Shown: in pieces, positions 1-14,379 of the stretch
Position numbering within the stretch: the first letter of the stretch is position 1
Layout: every line of letters starts with the position of its first letter
NCBI RefSeq assembly: GCF_036321535.1
Contig: NC_087437.1
Coordinates: 74,960,001 to 75,024,000, forward strand
From: Camelus dromedarius
Lineage: Eukaryota
Reading direction: 5' to 3'
Length of the DNA stretch: 64,000 nucleotides
The notes under the pieces: model-generated
Seen by the model: only the letters and a program-made list of their open reading frames with translations
What the model was told of the DNA's origin: nothing
Database searches by the model: none
Translations under genes and position numbers: made by a program

Positions 1-1124
1 ATAAATAAGGAGGTGTAACCTCCAGTGTCTTGTCCAGAGCATGATAACTTTCTGGGCTCAAGACCAATGAATAAAGGAATAAGTTGATGGACCTTCTTCC
101 TGTCTCAGAATGAACTAAGTCCTTTACCAATTACACATGGTTAGCTCTTTGGGGCAACTTTCAAAAGAGGCTGATGCCAGCTCAGAAAGCCATCAACCCA
201 TTCTGAATCCCTGGTGTCTTTGACAGGGCCTCCGTGCTATGTTATAAAAGCTGAGGAATGTCTGGAAGAGCTAATGAGTTTCCAGTGTCTAGGCTTGTGC
301 GCTATGGTAGCCAAAAATGAAATGAAATGAAATAAAATAAAATACAAAAACCAAAACCAACAAACAAAAAACAACTGTAAGTACTCTGTTTTGGCATCAG
401 AACCATGACAAAGTGAAAAGATGTCTCAGTAACCCAAAAGCAGGTGAAAAAAAAAAAGAAAAGCGAATAGCCTGCATAGCCAGTCCCTCAATCAGCTGCA
501 TTTAACCTAAATACACAAAAGTTTTCCGACTCCTAGCAGAAATGTTTTAAAATAGCAAACGGTGTTGATATTACAATGACATGATTTCGGATGATTGAAG
601 TTGCCTTAATTTCAAAAGCAGGCCACTTCTTCGTCAGTTTTCCTGCTTGGTGATGGTGCCGTTGCCTCTGTGTGAACCTGTGTAATCCTGTGATTGTTGC
701 CCACAGTATCAGAAATTTCACAGGCAGAGCCAGCCCCTTTATGAAGTATAAACCAGAGCTGCCCCAAGGGCCTTGGAGGAAAGATTGTCTGTACTCACCC
801 TCCACAGCATCATCCGTCAGCTCACTAGTGGACTTACAGACACAAAGACAGTATGTGATAAAGCCTCTGACCTAAAGGAAAATCTTATGAGCCCCTTATA
901 ATGAATCTAAATATTCAAGTGCGGCTGTGTGAATTCTCAGCAACCGTGCACTAATTCCTGACATTTATTGAACAATTCTATGTTAAGAGATTTTGGAGGA
1001 CACCCCAAAACTCCTCAAAACAAAAAAAGGACCCAAAACATGATCTTTGCCCTAAAGGAGCAGAAAAATTGGAAGACAGTTTACAAAACCATGAGCTAGC
1101 ATTATTTTACAGAAAGGAGACAGG

Positions 1125-1310
1125 CTCTTGGACTTCGGCAGATTGACCCGGTTCATGTTCAGACCTCCATGCCGCTTGTCAGTTGTATCAACTTACGGTT
1201 TTCGGTTTTCTTATCTATAAAAGGGGAATAATACTATTATCTGCTCTCAAGGTTATTATGAAAATTAGTGGGATGATTTGTGATAGAATGAAAATAAGTG
1301 TGTTATGCAA
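1125..1310 (+). mobile_element. MIR SINE
   Basis: tcggttttcttatctataaaaggggaataata...ggttattatgaaaatta MIR core. Confidence 0.65.
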
Positions 1311-2579
1311 AACATTTTTTAAAAAGGACCTTCTGTAGTTCTAAAGAGGGCAGATTCAGCCTTTGGGTGGGCCAGGAGATGGGAGTAAAGAATGAAAATT
1401 GAGAAGAAAGGGGAGAGCTAGAGAGTGACCCCATGGGTGTGGGAGGGAGTGGGAGGGAGGGGAAAGGGGGTGGTCCCACAGGCAGAAAAAAGCTCATTGC
1501 TGCAGAATTGGAGAGTCTGGAGGGGAAAGTATGCAGAGAGGTGAGGCAGCTAGCAACTGAAGAAGTGAAATAGAGCTGTGTAATGGTTTAAGGGTAATTT
1601 TAAGCTGGGATCAAGGCCACTACAGGATCCCAGTCTTATCTGTGTCCCATAGATATGATGCTTGAAAGTTAAAAATAATAAAAATTGTTTGTAATTTACT
1701 GTTAATACTTTTTCAGAGAAAGGGAGAAATCAGTATGTGTTAGAGTAAATAAAGACATTTTGGGAAGAGTAGGACTTATACTTGCCTTAAAAAGTGGGAA
1801 AGACATAAGAAAAGGAGAGGATGTATTCCAGGTAGAGAGAACTGTGTGGGCAGAGGTGTGGAGGCAGAAGTCTATCTTGTGCTTACAGGGGAATCTGAAG
1901 AGAACCTTTTGGCTATTACAGAGGATGTTGTTAAGATACTGAAAATATTTCCTGATATCTTAGAATCACCTTGAGAAGAGCTTAGGAAGGGTTTGTACAT
2001 GAGAGAGTAAGTAGTCAGGACCTGTAGGCTAGTTTTGAGAAGGAACATTTCATCATGGAGAGTCATTCCTTGTGTTACGAAAATGTGATAATGGAGCAGT
2101 ACTGGAAAGGCAAGAAACTAAAGACCAAAAAAGCAAGCAGGATGCTGCTGCCTGGAGATTGTGGTATAAGAAGACAAGGAAAAGTGAAACATTTTGAAGG
2201 GAAAACAACACAACTTGGGAAGGGGCATGGAAGATTAAAGAATGACAATGGTTTTGAAATGGCAACCTGGAACGAAAAAGTTATTTTACATAGGAGGAAT
2301 TAACCAGAGGAATCTAAGTGGACCAAGATGAGGCTGAGAATCTGAAGTTCCAGCCGGCTATTCAAGTGTAAGTGTCCTGAAGTCAGTTGGAAATAGCTGG
2401 AGCAAAGATGAGAAGTTAAGGTTGATGATGCCAATAAAGCCATTGTTTCTGTAAAGGTGATCATTTAATCCCCTGAAATTTTCTTTGAGGGATTGAGAGT
2501 AGACAGAAAAATAATAACTACCCAGAAAGAGTTGGGACACAGAGGGTTATCAAAACCAAGAAAGGAAGGAATTCCAAGG

Positions 2580-3760
2580 GACTTTATGCTTCCCCATCTC
2601 AATAAATGGTACCATTGCTCAGTTACTCAGGCTGAAACCTGAATTTCTCTCCTTTTTTCACACCCTGCCCTCAATGCATCAGCCAGTCTTGCTGAATCAA
2701 CCTTCAGATGTATTATGCTCTGTTCTACCACCTCCACAGCTGCCTGTCTGGCCAGTTTACCACCATCTCTCATCAGGACTACAGCAATAGCCCTATAAAT
2801 GATTGCATTGCTGCTTTTGGCCTCCACAGTTAAAAATCTGCTTATCCCATCCAAAATATGTAAGTCAGATTAACCATTCTTCTCAGAACCCTCCGGTGGC
2901 TTCTGCTTACCCTTAGAACAAAATTTAGTGCCCTCCAAGGCCCTCCATGACCTGTCCTGGCCTCCTTTCTGTCCTCACTGCCTACTATACATTCCTTCTC
3001 TCCTTCCACTGCAGTCACCCTGATGTTCCTTGGCCTCCAAAACCCTGAGCTTATTTTTGCCTGATAGCCTTTCCTTTTGCTGTTTATAATTCCCGGACTC
3101 CACTGCTCCCCACCCCCAGCAACACACATGTATTTTCTTGACTTGCTTTTTCACTGCCTTTTATTCTGTGCATGTAAGGAATATCAGTTAATATTCTCAA
3201 CACTGGGGATACAGCAGGGAAATAATAGGCACTACTCCCTGTCTTCACGGTGCTTCCATTCTAGTGGGGGAACCAGACAATAGACAAGATGAGTAAGCAC
3301 AGTATGTTGCATGGTAGACTGGTGAGCGCTAAGGAGAGAAACAGCGGGGAAGGGGACAGGGAGTGTCAGTGTTGGCTGTGGTGAGAGCGAGTGCAGTGGT
3401 GTGTAGAGGGGGCAAGCTAGGTTTGGGGTGGGGGCATTGTCTGAGGAAAGACTAGGAAAAAGTTGAGGCAACAAACAAATCAACAAGTCAAAGGCCTGGA
3501 GAAAGGAGGGTGTGGAAGAGAACAATGAGCCCAGAGAGGCAGCTGGGCTCAGATTACACAGGAGCCCAGGTCATCCTCCTCTTCCCTGGGCTAGTTTTCT
3601 TCACAGAACTTACACGATTACGTATCCATCTTTTAATTTATTTCATTCCTTTCTCCCCCACTAGAAAATAAGCTCCATAAAGGCAGGACTTTGTAGTCTT
3701 CACCATCACAGTGTCTGCCCCGTGCTGGGAACTCAATTTTATTGAATAAATTGATGAACA
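2580..3760. mobile_element. L2 LINE fragments (mixed orientation)
   Basis: atctcaataaatggtacca...ctcaggctgaaacctg...caccatctctca; ctagaaaataagctccataaaggcaggact...ttgaataaa; boundaries approximate. Confidence 0.6.
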
Positions 3761-6583
3761 AAAAGGAGGCGTCTAGAACATAATGTTAATTACAGAAGAG
3801 TGAAAACAGGAAGGGTCTATGAACTTGGCAGGAAGGCAGTTACTGGTCTGGTAGCCTTTATGGGTCCTTGATAAAATGTTTGGGGTGGGTGTGGAGGGGC
3901 AAAAAAATAGAAGGGAAGAAACCAGATGGAGTGATAGCAACCAGCTCTTAAGCTTCTTTAACGACAGTCGAATTAGAAGTGCTGTACAGCTGCCCGTGGT
4001 CTGCTCTTCCCTCCCTCTCATCCATTTATGATTTATTTATCCTCTTAAATAGATACTTCACAAAATTGAGCATGTGGTATTAGGCTGATCCATTGCATAC
4101 CTTGGAGAACTGGCAAATTCCACTCTACTCATTGTTAACGTAATTTTAATTAAGGTATCTAAAACCCCGTGTTAAGACTTAACTGTAATCTCATTTGCTG
4201 TGTGGGAGGTGTTATCTCTTTCATGACAGAGGTAAAATCTTAGGAAACACATGTCCCCAAACTGCAGAGCATGAGACACAGTTAAGCCTAAATGATTGGA
4301 GAACATTTCTATAGTGAAATGATGTGTGTGGAGGAGCTTTGCAAGTATCAAAATATACAAATAGTGTCACTGAAAAGACAACTGCATGTTTTCTTGTCTC
4401 AGATTGAAAAAAAAATCAGACCTTTAGAGCTACAAGTACATTGTAAAGAAACAAAAAACAAAGGCAGCATCCTATGGAACTTGGATATTGCCACAGTGTT
4501 ATTTAAAAGGAAATACTGTAGGCTGTGAATTGTTTGTCCAGAATATTTTTAACATCCCTATGCCAAACAATAAAGAAAATACAGGAAAGGAAAAGAAAAG
4601 AAGGAAATCTCTCCTGCAATAGAAATGATACAGCTTTGTATAAGTAACATTTTGGGGGGGAGGGGACATACCTACATCTCATGGAAACAGCCCCCACAAG
4701 GCAGAACTCAAAGCAGAGAACTAAACCATAAAATGCAAAAATAATTTCAGGAGGCTGTGTTAATAGTACCGTGGACAACAGTTCCCTGCTGGGAGTGCTG
4801 TCATTTTTGCTAACCTTGGATTCTTCTGTCTTGTCTGATTTGTATCCTAAAGAAGAGTTACCAGAGGAAATGAATACTTCCTGAACAGGATCATCATAGG
4901 TTATAACAAAGTGGTTATTATGAAAGGTGTTAAATAGTTCCTTTCATAAGCTTATCTTGTGGTTGCTGTTAACATTTTTGGGGAATAGTCTATTCTGCTT
5001 ATAAACTGGTCAAAAAATATTCAGCTCAAAAGGGAGATAAAACATATAGATTTTCCTTGTATGTCAGCACATCAGAAGAGAACTTTAAATTTTATGTTAC
5101 ATCAGAAATAAATAAGATATCCATTTAAAGGTCATTTTGTGGAATGAACTTTTAAAAAATGTGCAGTTAATCTACTTCTTGGAGCATGAATTTATTTACA
5201 GTATAAGAATAAAAATATTTTGAAATGGACCAGAGTAGCTTAGAATCAGTTTTGTTTCCCCTTAGCTATAAGGCTTTTTCCCTTGTAAACAGTGATGGTG
5301 GACAGCCTCACAGTTCTTTCGTTGCTAGGTTACGTGTGTGCCCATTTACCCTGCTTCCTGACGGAGCAGCTTCCAGAATGCCATGTATATATAGCATATG
5401 CTTTTGTTTCCGGGGTGGGGAGAAAAGGAGGGTTGATAGCCTCTCCATCCCACTGCTTTGTTTAGCAGTTTAGAGGGGGCATGAAAGGCGAAGGCTACAT
5501 GCACAATTGGTAAGTTCCAGGAAACTGACAGCTCCACACCTTACACCAGGTGATAGCTGAGGAGCCTGGTGTGTCCCAGCGCGTGTTCAGGAGTCTTCAG
5601 ATTGAGATGCAGACAGAGCTTTGGCCTTACCCCTGCCTTCTCCATTCTTCTCCAGTCTTTTTTTTACTGCCTTTCCCACACCTTCTCACAGACTTAAAAA
5701 TACATATGGAGGGCTTCTGGGTCTACTTTCCTGAAGGGCATAAACGAACTAACTCTCTGGTCCAAAGAAGTACATTCCCTAAATGTGAGTTTGTTTCGTG
5801 TGAGCTTTGTAAAATGGGCTTACAGAATTCCCACAGTCAGTGATGGTAGACCTAGCTTCTGATTGCCGTGCTCCAGCCCTACCTCTCCCAGCCCCACTAA
5901 GCCCCCGTCCCCCCACATCACACACATCCCCTCACTCTCAGGTGCCACCAACCCTCCTGGCTCCTGCATTCAATAAATACATTAAGGCTTTGCAACCCCT
6001 TTTAAGGCAGACTTCCTGAGATTCTGTCAAAAGACAAGGTGTCCCACCCTTTAACATTCCAGGTTCACTCCTAGCCCCGGCCCCATCCCCATGTTCTTTC
6101 CTATTATGATGGGGGACCTCAGGCCCCAACCTCCCCAAAGTCCTCACTGCACTAGTGTTGACCTTGTACTCTTATCTGCTCTGCAGCAACTAGGGGTGTG
6201 ATAGCCCTTCTCAAAACAGCAGATGCTCCTTGGTTGCTCCTGGTGATCCAATACTTGGCTCATGCGTTGGAGTCGTTGTTATAGCCATGTCAGACACAGA
6301 TATTTTAAAATACAAACACACAACTATTGGTAGAAGTGTAAAAATCCCATTAAAGAAATGATAGAAGTAAATGTGACAATTATAATGCAACTTTCCTTGA
6401 GATGCATGCCAGTATAATTTTCAACAACACGTAAACTTGTCTCCCTTCAAAACATGTGCAAACTGTACTTCTGGCAACTTTATGGTCTCTCTCTTACAGG
6501 GGCATTGATGTTCAAGGTCAGTTTTGCACCTTATAATATGTCCTTTGTTATTTACAGTTTTAAATAAAGAGCTTGTCTTTCAG

Positions 6584-6653
6584 ATTTTAGATGAAAATGA
6601 CACTGATGTTTTATTGAAAGAAGAAAAAAAGGAAGTTTCTTTTATGAAAAAAG
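6584..6653 (+). CDS. MORC1: MORC1 internal coding exon (70 bp, phase 0 to 1)
   Basis: cttgtctttcAG|...|GTaaaa; translates ILDENDTDVLLKEEKKEVSFMKK(E), colinear with recalled human MORC1 VSDKSNTDVSLKQEKKEIPLLNQE; phase joins the next exon. Confidence 0.88.
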
Positions 6654-8764
6654 GTAAAACAAAGAATTTAGTTTACATATATTAGTTGTGATGTTTGAGT
6701 TGTTTTCAGTATGACTTGTGAGACATATCTTATGCAGGGTATAAATCAGACATTTGCTAGCAGTTTGGATTTTAAAAATTAAATTTGTTGTCCCAGAAGT
6801 GGGAGGGGAGATGGGTAGAGAGTGAGCTTTCAATGTCACATGTCTTGAAGGACAGAGGGGCACTTCCTGCCTGAGAATATTACCCCCAGCACTGCCTCAC
6901 TGCCTGAAATTCCCAACATTGGACTTAGGTCCCCCTCTTCATTGACTTCTATTTAGAAATTTGCTGAGGATTGATATCAGGTCTATAATTTTGGAGCCTA
7001 TTTTGAAAATTATAATGACATTCCTCTATTTTCAATTATTTAGTCCTTTTCCTATTTGCATGATTCCTCTGAGATCACTAAGAGTAGTTCAACAAACATA
7101 TTTATTAGTTCCTTTATGACCATGGGACATAAGTGGTCTCAGGTGAGTGACTTGAGCTTTTTTTTAAACAGAAAGTTGCCGTCTGATTATATTCAGTCCA
7201 AAGACAGTTCCCCTGGATGGAGAAGCTGGAAACAAACTAGACTCAGAAAATTTTATTTTCTGAGTGTCCACTCATTATTATTACTAGAATTATTTTATTA
7301 TGTGTTGTATTATTATTATACCATTGTCTCTTTTATTGTAATATTATACCTTTGGGCCTAAGCAGCAAGTCTGTTATTTTTATCGTCATCTTCTTATTCT
7401 GAAATAAGTTTTAAAGCCTTTCTTAGTTTCCTTAGCAGGTCTCAGCTCATTTTGTCTCCATCATGCTCGTCCTTGTTGTGTTGATCCATGCCATCATTTC
7501 ATGTTCACTAAGCTCTCCCTTCCTTCACACTTTGTTGCTTAGGTGACCTCATCAGTCATTCATTCACATCTTTATATTTGAACCCATTAGTGAGGCCCCT
7601 AAGAAATCACACTTTTTCTTTTTCATCATAATTAGGATAATTTGCCATTCCACAATCAAGATTTCTTTTGTAAGGGTCTCTTAATTTTAAAGCCAATCTT
7701 TTACAGAAGTTGAAAACTGCTAACATGCCTTCAAGTATGTGCCTGTTGGATTTCCAAATTATAATGGAAAAATTGTTAATACAATTTTGATCCTAAAATG
7801 AATATTTCATTTCAAGTACTCATCCTGGATTTGGAAGGAACCAATTGTGAAATATTTTCAAATGACTGTAATTATGGATTAGTTGGCTATTAGATTAAGA
7901 AATTTCACTTTGCCTGCAAATCATGAGTAAAACCAAGGGTGACTGAAGTGTGCTTGGAAAACCTCTATGTCTGTTCTCTTTTATGTTTCCTTAAAGGATT
8001 CAGACAGGTCCTCAGCCATTTACTCACCATCTAAAACTTACCTTGTTGCTCTCCTGTTCTACTTGGTCTTCAATAGCCCAAAACTTATTGTCAAGGGTTT
8101 ACTTGGTAGAATAAGATCACAGTTATCACAGAGAATTCTAGAGATGGAAGAAGGATGCGTTAACTTACTTAGACTATCCTCAAGACACTCTTAAAACCAA
8201 GCCAAGGGGATCAAAGCATTTCTGCCATTCTGTGGCAATGACTAGCCTCTCTGAAATTCTGATTCTGAGGTTCCCTGAGTAGAGACCGACAGCCTAACTA
8301 GATGACTGTAGGTCTCCTCCTGCTTTAAAGTTCTGCTCTCTACTAGAGGCGCATTCCTGACTGGAATCTGTCAGGATGTCTTTGAACCTGATCCCAGAAT
8401 GGAATGCAGTGAGGTACTTGGAGGAGACCAGTGGTTGTCTGCACAGAGGCTAGTGAAAGAAGGGAAACTGAACAGTTCCAGTTAGCCATGCCATGCATAC
8501 CAAAAGCAGATAAAAAGAAATTACAAAAAAAAAAAAAATAAGCTACAGAGGCTCTTGGATTCTTCTATGTACTGTATACACTTTATTAAGAAGTTATTAT
8601 AAATTACCTTAAGAACATATTGGTGCAGTTTTACAAAAAGGTGTTTGAATACAAAAACAAATTATATGCAGGTATTTAATGAACTGCTTACACGTCTTTC
8701 AGATCACTTTATTGTGTGATCACTACAATGTGATTGTCTTCATTTTGTCTATGTTCTTTTGAAG

Positions 8765-8831
8765 AAAAACAAGAGCTGTGCAGTGAAACTTCAGAAATAA
8801 AGAGAAGCTCTTCATCACCTAACCGGGAAAG
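8765..8831 (+). CDS. MORC1: MORC1 internal coding exon (67 bp, phase 1 to 2)
   Basis: gttctttttgaAG|...|GTaagt; (E)KQELCSETSEIKRSSSSPNRE(S) vs recalled human EKQELCNDVLAMKRSSSLPSWKS. Confidence 0.9.
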
Positions 8832-11702
8832 GTAAGTGTACTGCAATTACGCACAGTCCAAGTGAGTGCAGTTACACTGTTGAAAAGCAATTATCAGTGT
8901 TTAAATGCAGGAAGAAAGAAAATAATAGCAACAAGCCAGGCAATTAAGAGTGGAACCAAATTTTACAAAGGAAAGAATAGAGCACACTAGGTTTCTTATC
9001 CTTTTCCCAAACCTTTTCATTTTCTTTTGTGACGATTTGGGAATAATGAAATGGAACAGGCAAGCAACTAATTCAAATTGCTGTAATATAGTCAAAGAAC
9101 TGAAAATGTCACATATATCTAAGGTATGACTGAAATCATGAATGCGTTTTTGTGTGTGTGTGGCTTGTGATCTTATTGTCGTGCATGTATGTAATTGTAA
9201 TAATCCTTGCATGCTAGAATTTTCTTGACAGGAGACTTTTGTCACTTTTATATAAAATCAGCTGAATATTTAGGATATCCAATAGAAGAAAAAAAATGTT
9301 TTCCAGGAAGCAAATTCTTACGCTCACTCCTGCTCTAAATCTGTCTAAGCCTTTTTCCCGGCACTCAGACCTGGTGTCACGGAATCCAAATTCTGTGCTC
9401 TTTTTGTAGAGGAGCATGTTGAATTAAGTACAAGAAAAAAGAAAAAGAAAAAAGAAAAAAAAAAAAAAAGAGAGAGAGAGGAGCTTTTATTTTCCTGCAC
9501 TTGCAGACTGAGTGGTCACTCTTACCCTCGAATCCCATCACTTCCCTCTTCTACTCAGAAGCCTTTCACAGCCGCATCACTTTTAAGAAAAGGCGCAAAC
9601 TCCTTTCCATTGCACAAGTCTCCTTCGGCCCACCTCCCTGGTCAGCCCTGATTTTGCTTCCCAGAGTTTCTAAATTATTTAGAGTTCTGTTTTATCACAC
9701 TACTTCCCGGGCTCAGATGCCCTCTGAAACTTGTGCACCAGTCTGCTACCCTTCATTCATGTTCCAGTTCAAGTGTTCTCTCCTTTGGGGCCCTCAGTTC
9801 TCCTGGGCAGACTCAGGTGTTCACAGAGCCGCTGTTGCAGGGATCAAATCCCATCACATTTCCTCCAGCTTCAGTGATTATTTGTTAAGTACCAGCCATG
9901 TTCTGACACACACCGTGAGCTGCTCCTCACAGTCAGGTGGAATTGTCGTCTGAGTGTCTGTCTTCCCACTGCATGTCAGCTTCATGAAGGACAGGGAATG
10001 TATCTTCTCTTCTCCCTGACTCGCAGCCTCTGACAAGTCTTCCCTGAACACTCCAGCTAAAATAGCCTGCCCCGCTTCTGACGGGGCACACTAGCAAATT
10101 GTATCCTCCCATTGTATTTTTTTTCCAGATCCCTTATGACTGTTCTAAAGTATCTTATTGAAACATTTGTTTATTTTAATGCTTTACATTCTAGTTTTCT
10201 TATTTTCTATATTTTCACTAGAAGCTAACTCGCTCCACAAGAGTGGTGGTTGTCTTTCTCACCTCTGTGTCCTTTGCACCCAGACGAGCACCTGCCTCAG
10301 AGGTGGCCTTCTTTAGTATTTGTTGATTGAATAAACAATGTAATTTTTTCCCAATGCTGTTGCTAGGTCATTTTATGAACAATACTTTAACCTAGAGTTA
10401 TTTATTAAAATTTGGATATTATTTCATGTATTACTTTTAGTTTTTATAAACTGTGTTTTTTAAATAATCTTTGAATCATAACTACAATATGAATGTTAGG
10501 ACTTTTATCCAGTTAAAACAATCTTAATGGAAGAATCTGATCAAATTTATCAGTAGTGGTAGTAATGATAAAGATGATTACAATAGCAATAATAATTAGG
10601 TGCTATCTACAGAACACTTACTAATAGAACTAATAGACATTGAGCTAAATTCTCTGTATATCTTGTTTAATCCTCAGCACAGCTCTGTGAGGTAGGCACT
10701 ATTATTATTTGGCAGAAGAAGCAAAGGTTCAGAATGGAACTGCTGTGCTCTGGTATAGTGCATTTTACCCCCCACTCCCAACACCAGCATGAATTTCTAG
10801 CATCCCCAAAATGGTTAAAAAAATTTAAAGGACTTCTTTAATAAAATTTGAGTATAAAGGAGGTTATAATTAATAGGCTTTAGACATTGCATGAGTGTTC
10901 TTTAACAGACAATTAAGCATTAGTTATAATGTTCTTAATCTTAAATAAAACATCAACTGAAGTTAGTATAATTTATGCCAAAGAACTGTTGACAGTAGAA
11001 GCACATTCCATTTGGTATAAACTATTACCCAGTTTTTAAAGGGCCCATTACAGTGCAAACATAGGAGACTCTAGAGCTGTAGTCTTAATTCGTGGACATT
11101 ACCACGAAAGGACTACAAAAATCTTTTTACTTGGCAAACAAGATCCTGCGTGATCTGACCCCTGACGGCCTACCCAGCTTTGTCTCCCATACCGCGTGTC
11201 CCTCAGCCTTCTTGAGCTTTTTTTTTATTCCCACAATACTGAAAGCTTTGGGTCTCATTAACACACTGCGTACTACCTTATGCATCCTCATTGTGAGCTA
11301 TTGTCCATGCTGCAGCCAGCTATCCTTTTAAAACACAGACCACCTCACTCCCATGTAAATAATCCTCCAGTGGTGGCATGTGCTCTGCTTAGAATCAGCG
11401 CCAGTCCCTGCCCCGTGGCTAGTGCCTCTCACCTCATCTCTCTCTATCTTCTTCCTCTGCCCTCACCCGGCAGCTCTGGCCTTCTCCTGCCTCCCCAGAC
11501 AGTCCTACCTCGTATCTACCCTGGATCATTCCACTTCACTTGGAACACCCTTCTTCCACTGTATCGTGACTAAATATTTCTTTCAGCTGACTTTATTTCT
11601 CTACCTACCTTCCCCCAGGCTAAAATTGAACTTTAGTTTTAAAGCCTTTTTCAGCAAGTAAGAGACAAATGGCATATGACTACTATTGTTAAGAATAAAT
11701 TA

Positions 11703-11887
11703 GATAAACAACAAGATCCTACTGTAGTGCAGAGGGAACTATATTTAATACCTTGTAATGGCCTATAATGAAAAAGAATATAAAAAGGAATATATATATG
11801 TATATGTATAACTGAAACACTATAATTTTGCTGTACACCAAAAATTACCACAACATTATAAACCGACTATACGTCAATTAAAAAAAA
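11703..11887 (+). mobile_element. Short L1 3'-end fragment with poly(A)
   Basis: gggaactatatttaataccttgtaat...gtataactgaa...acaacattataaaccgactata + A-tail; imperfect TSD aagaataaatta / aggaataagtta. Confidence 0.8.
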
Positions 11888-12150
11888 GGAATAAGTTACT
11901 GCCAATTCTATTTAATCATGGGTACCCAAAACCTTGCAACAAAATTTGTCAGGAATAAATAGTAATTTTTCTAAATGAGAATAGATTTTATATAGTTACA
12001 TAAATGACAATTTCAGCATTACATTTATGTCCTTGCTTTCATTTGTTGGGTGTTAACATTTCATTTGTTACATATTAATGTTTCTGAATTTATTAGTATC
12101 TAATATGATTTCTACTTAGAAATTGTAAACCTCAGTTTGTTTTCGCCCAG

Positions 12151-12297
12151 TATGCCAGTGGAAGATTTAAATCCAAGATCTGGATATAAAGCCAGAGTTT
12201 CTGTGAGTGGTGTTTGTAAAGTTGCTTCTTCACTGACAGAATCTTCTCAAAGCACATCTGTCAAGGAAACAGTAAGAAAACTGACATCTAATTTAAG
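12151..12297 (+). CDS. MORC1: MORC1 internal coding exon (147 bp; alternative in-frame start at 12136)
   Basis: MPVEDLNPRSGYKARVSVSGVCKVASSLTESSQSTSVKETVRKLTSNL(R) vs recalled human VPMEDVNLSSGHIARVSVSGSCKVASSPASSQSTPVKETVRKLKSKLR; donor AG|GTaaa; 5' boundary ambiguous. Confidence 0.88.
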
Positions 12298-12661
12298 GTA
12301 AAGATATTTGCTAACATATTTCCACATGCTTTGTTGAGTTTTCTAAACAGTGACAACTCCTGATACTTTTCCCATACTGAGTGGTAATAGTATTGAGAAA
12401 ATTTGATAGAATGTCTTTATAACTTGTCTCCTAACTGCACTAATGTAGATACACTGTGGGTTACATGTCTTTGAAATGGAACTGTTGTTGCTAACTACCC
12501 TATTGTTGCATGGTCCAGTAGAATGGTGGATGTTTAGGACTCAATCCAGTGTAATAAAGAACCAGAATTTGTCAGGGTAAAAGACAGGACAGAAAGGACT
12601 ATTAAAACAAAAATGAATGAGTGTCATTTGTAATGAAGGGGGCAAAAAAAATTCTTCCTGA

Positions 12662-12800
12662 ATTTCTTCCTGCCTTTCTCCCTGCCTGTGTCCCTCCCTC
12701 CTTTTCCCTCCCTCCCTGTATTCCTTCCTCTCTCTTTCTTTCTTTCCTTCTTTCTTTTCTTTCTTCCTTTCTTCCTTCCTTTCTTTCTTTCTTTCTTTCC
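12662..12800. repeat. Polypyrimidine (TTCC/TTTC)n simple repeat
   Basis: Direct reading. Confidence 0.9.
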
Positions 12801-14379
12801 TGCCTCACAAAGACCCTCATGACATTATGGCCTTCTAAAAAGTCTCTTTTTGTAGCTTTAGATACTGATCCTACTGAGAGAAACTGAGTTTTACTTTTAG
12901 GTTCAGTGTAGAATCTTAACATTTGTGGGCACAATTAATGAGGGATTTAAATGTCTGGATCTCAGTTCTCAAAGGATAGAGGTAAGGAGGGGGTGAAGTC
13001 CAAGATTCAGAGTCTTTCTAAATAGGGACCAATGATAGGAGGGGGCTTTACAGTCAAGCCAAAGAAGTTAGCATACAAAAGAGTGCTCTAAAATAGGTGT
13101 CATATGAGAGGCTGAGGGGCAGGGGCAGTACCGCCACTAATTAGCACAGCCAGTTGATTTGGTTGGGCCTCACAGACTCTGAGTAGGAGGCTTTCAGCAG
13201 AGGGAAAATACAACATGCTCTAGCTGTATTTTCCCTTAGAACAATTACTTTGACTTTTTCATCAGTGACTACAAAATCTTCCCAAAGAAGAGAGTTGGCA
13301 GAGAACAGGACCAGGAAGGCGGAAAGAGAAAGGTAGAGGTTGGGCATATATATAGGGAGCAATAGCCCCTACCCAGGCCCAGGCTAGGGTCTAGGGTCCT
13401 GTGAGTGAAAGTAGACTGCAAACCACTGGAAGACAGGAACTCCGTTCTGCAGTTGCCCCGAGCTTTATGGAAGCATCTATGGCAGCATCCAGCTGTAGGG
13501 CTGCGCTTATATGGGCATGAAGGCCCCACCGACTGTCCTTCAGGAACACATCCTAACCCTCGTGCTGCCCCAGGAGAAGGGAGGAAGCTCTTGCTGTAGT
13601 GGGTGGATGCACCTTGGACTTTGCATCAGGACTTATTTTCACTAATGACACCAGGGATCCAGAGGTGAATTGTTTACCAAGAAATGAAGCCAGGGTGCTG
13701 TGTTCCTGAACACTGAGTTCTGACCACCAACTCTGCACTGGGTCTGGGTTGCCAAGCTTGCCCTAGCCTGGGAATGTAACAGAAGCAAGGCAGACCTCAG
13801 GGTTGTACAGGTATTTGAGGTTGAAAAGGCCATTCATCCAGTGACCTGGATGGACATCAGTCTCATACTGCCATGGCCTACACTATACTCCCTGAAGAAT
13901 GGGGTCTCCAACCATTTCCTACCTTCTGTCAGTATTTGTCCAGAAGTAATATGTAAGATCCTCATCTTTGAAGTTGGGTAGCCATAAACTTGAACCCTGG
14001 TTTTTTACTTACTAGTTCTGATTCAGGCAAGTCATTTGGCCCCTAAGACATGGTAATATGCAATAAATTACATATGTACATACCTGTGTGTGTCTGAATA
14101 AATGTGTGCATTTTAAAAATATCATATTTAATGTTTTTTAATTTTTGAAATATTTGAAGAGCAAGATGTCATTTCTAAGAACTATGTATACAATTTAATA
14201 AAATTATATTCAGTATACAGTTTCTCTTGCAGCACTTAAACCACTGTTAAAGATATTACAGCTGAAAGTTTTGTTGTATTATTACAAACTAATGAATTTT
14301 AAAAAATTATGTGGTATGGATATGACCACATGTCCAATGATTAGGATGTTGCCTCAAGTGAACCAGGCCTTCTTGATAA

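Noticed and set aside
1435..1473. G-quadruplex-forming run (also 61743-61770)
   Set aside because: Common in mammalian introns, with no supporting context
1..6583. Additional upstream MORC1 exon
   Set aside because: No segment matching the preceding human peptide was found; treated as intron
9501..9953. 150-aa + strand ORF in a MORC1 intron
   Set aside because: Non-ATG start, no similarity to MORC1 or known domains, lies in L2-like degenerate sequence; flanking exons join in phase without it
12602..12934. K/E/R-rich and F/L/S-rich ORFs
   Set aside because: Translations of the TTCC/TTTC simple repeat
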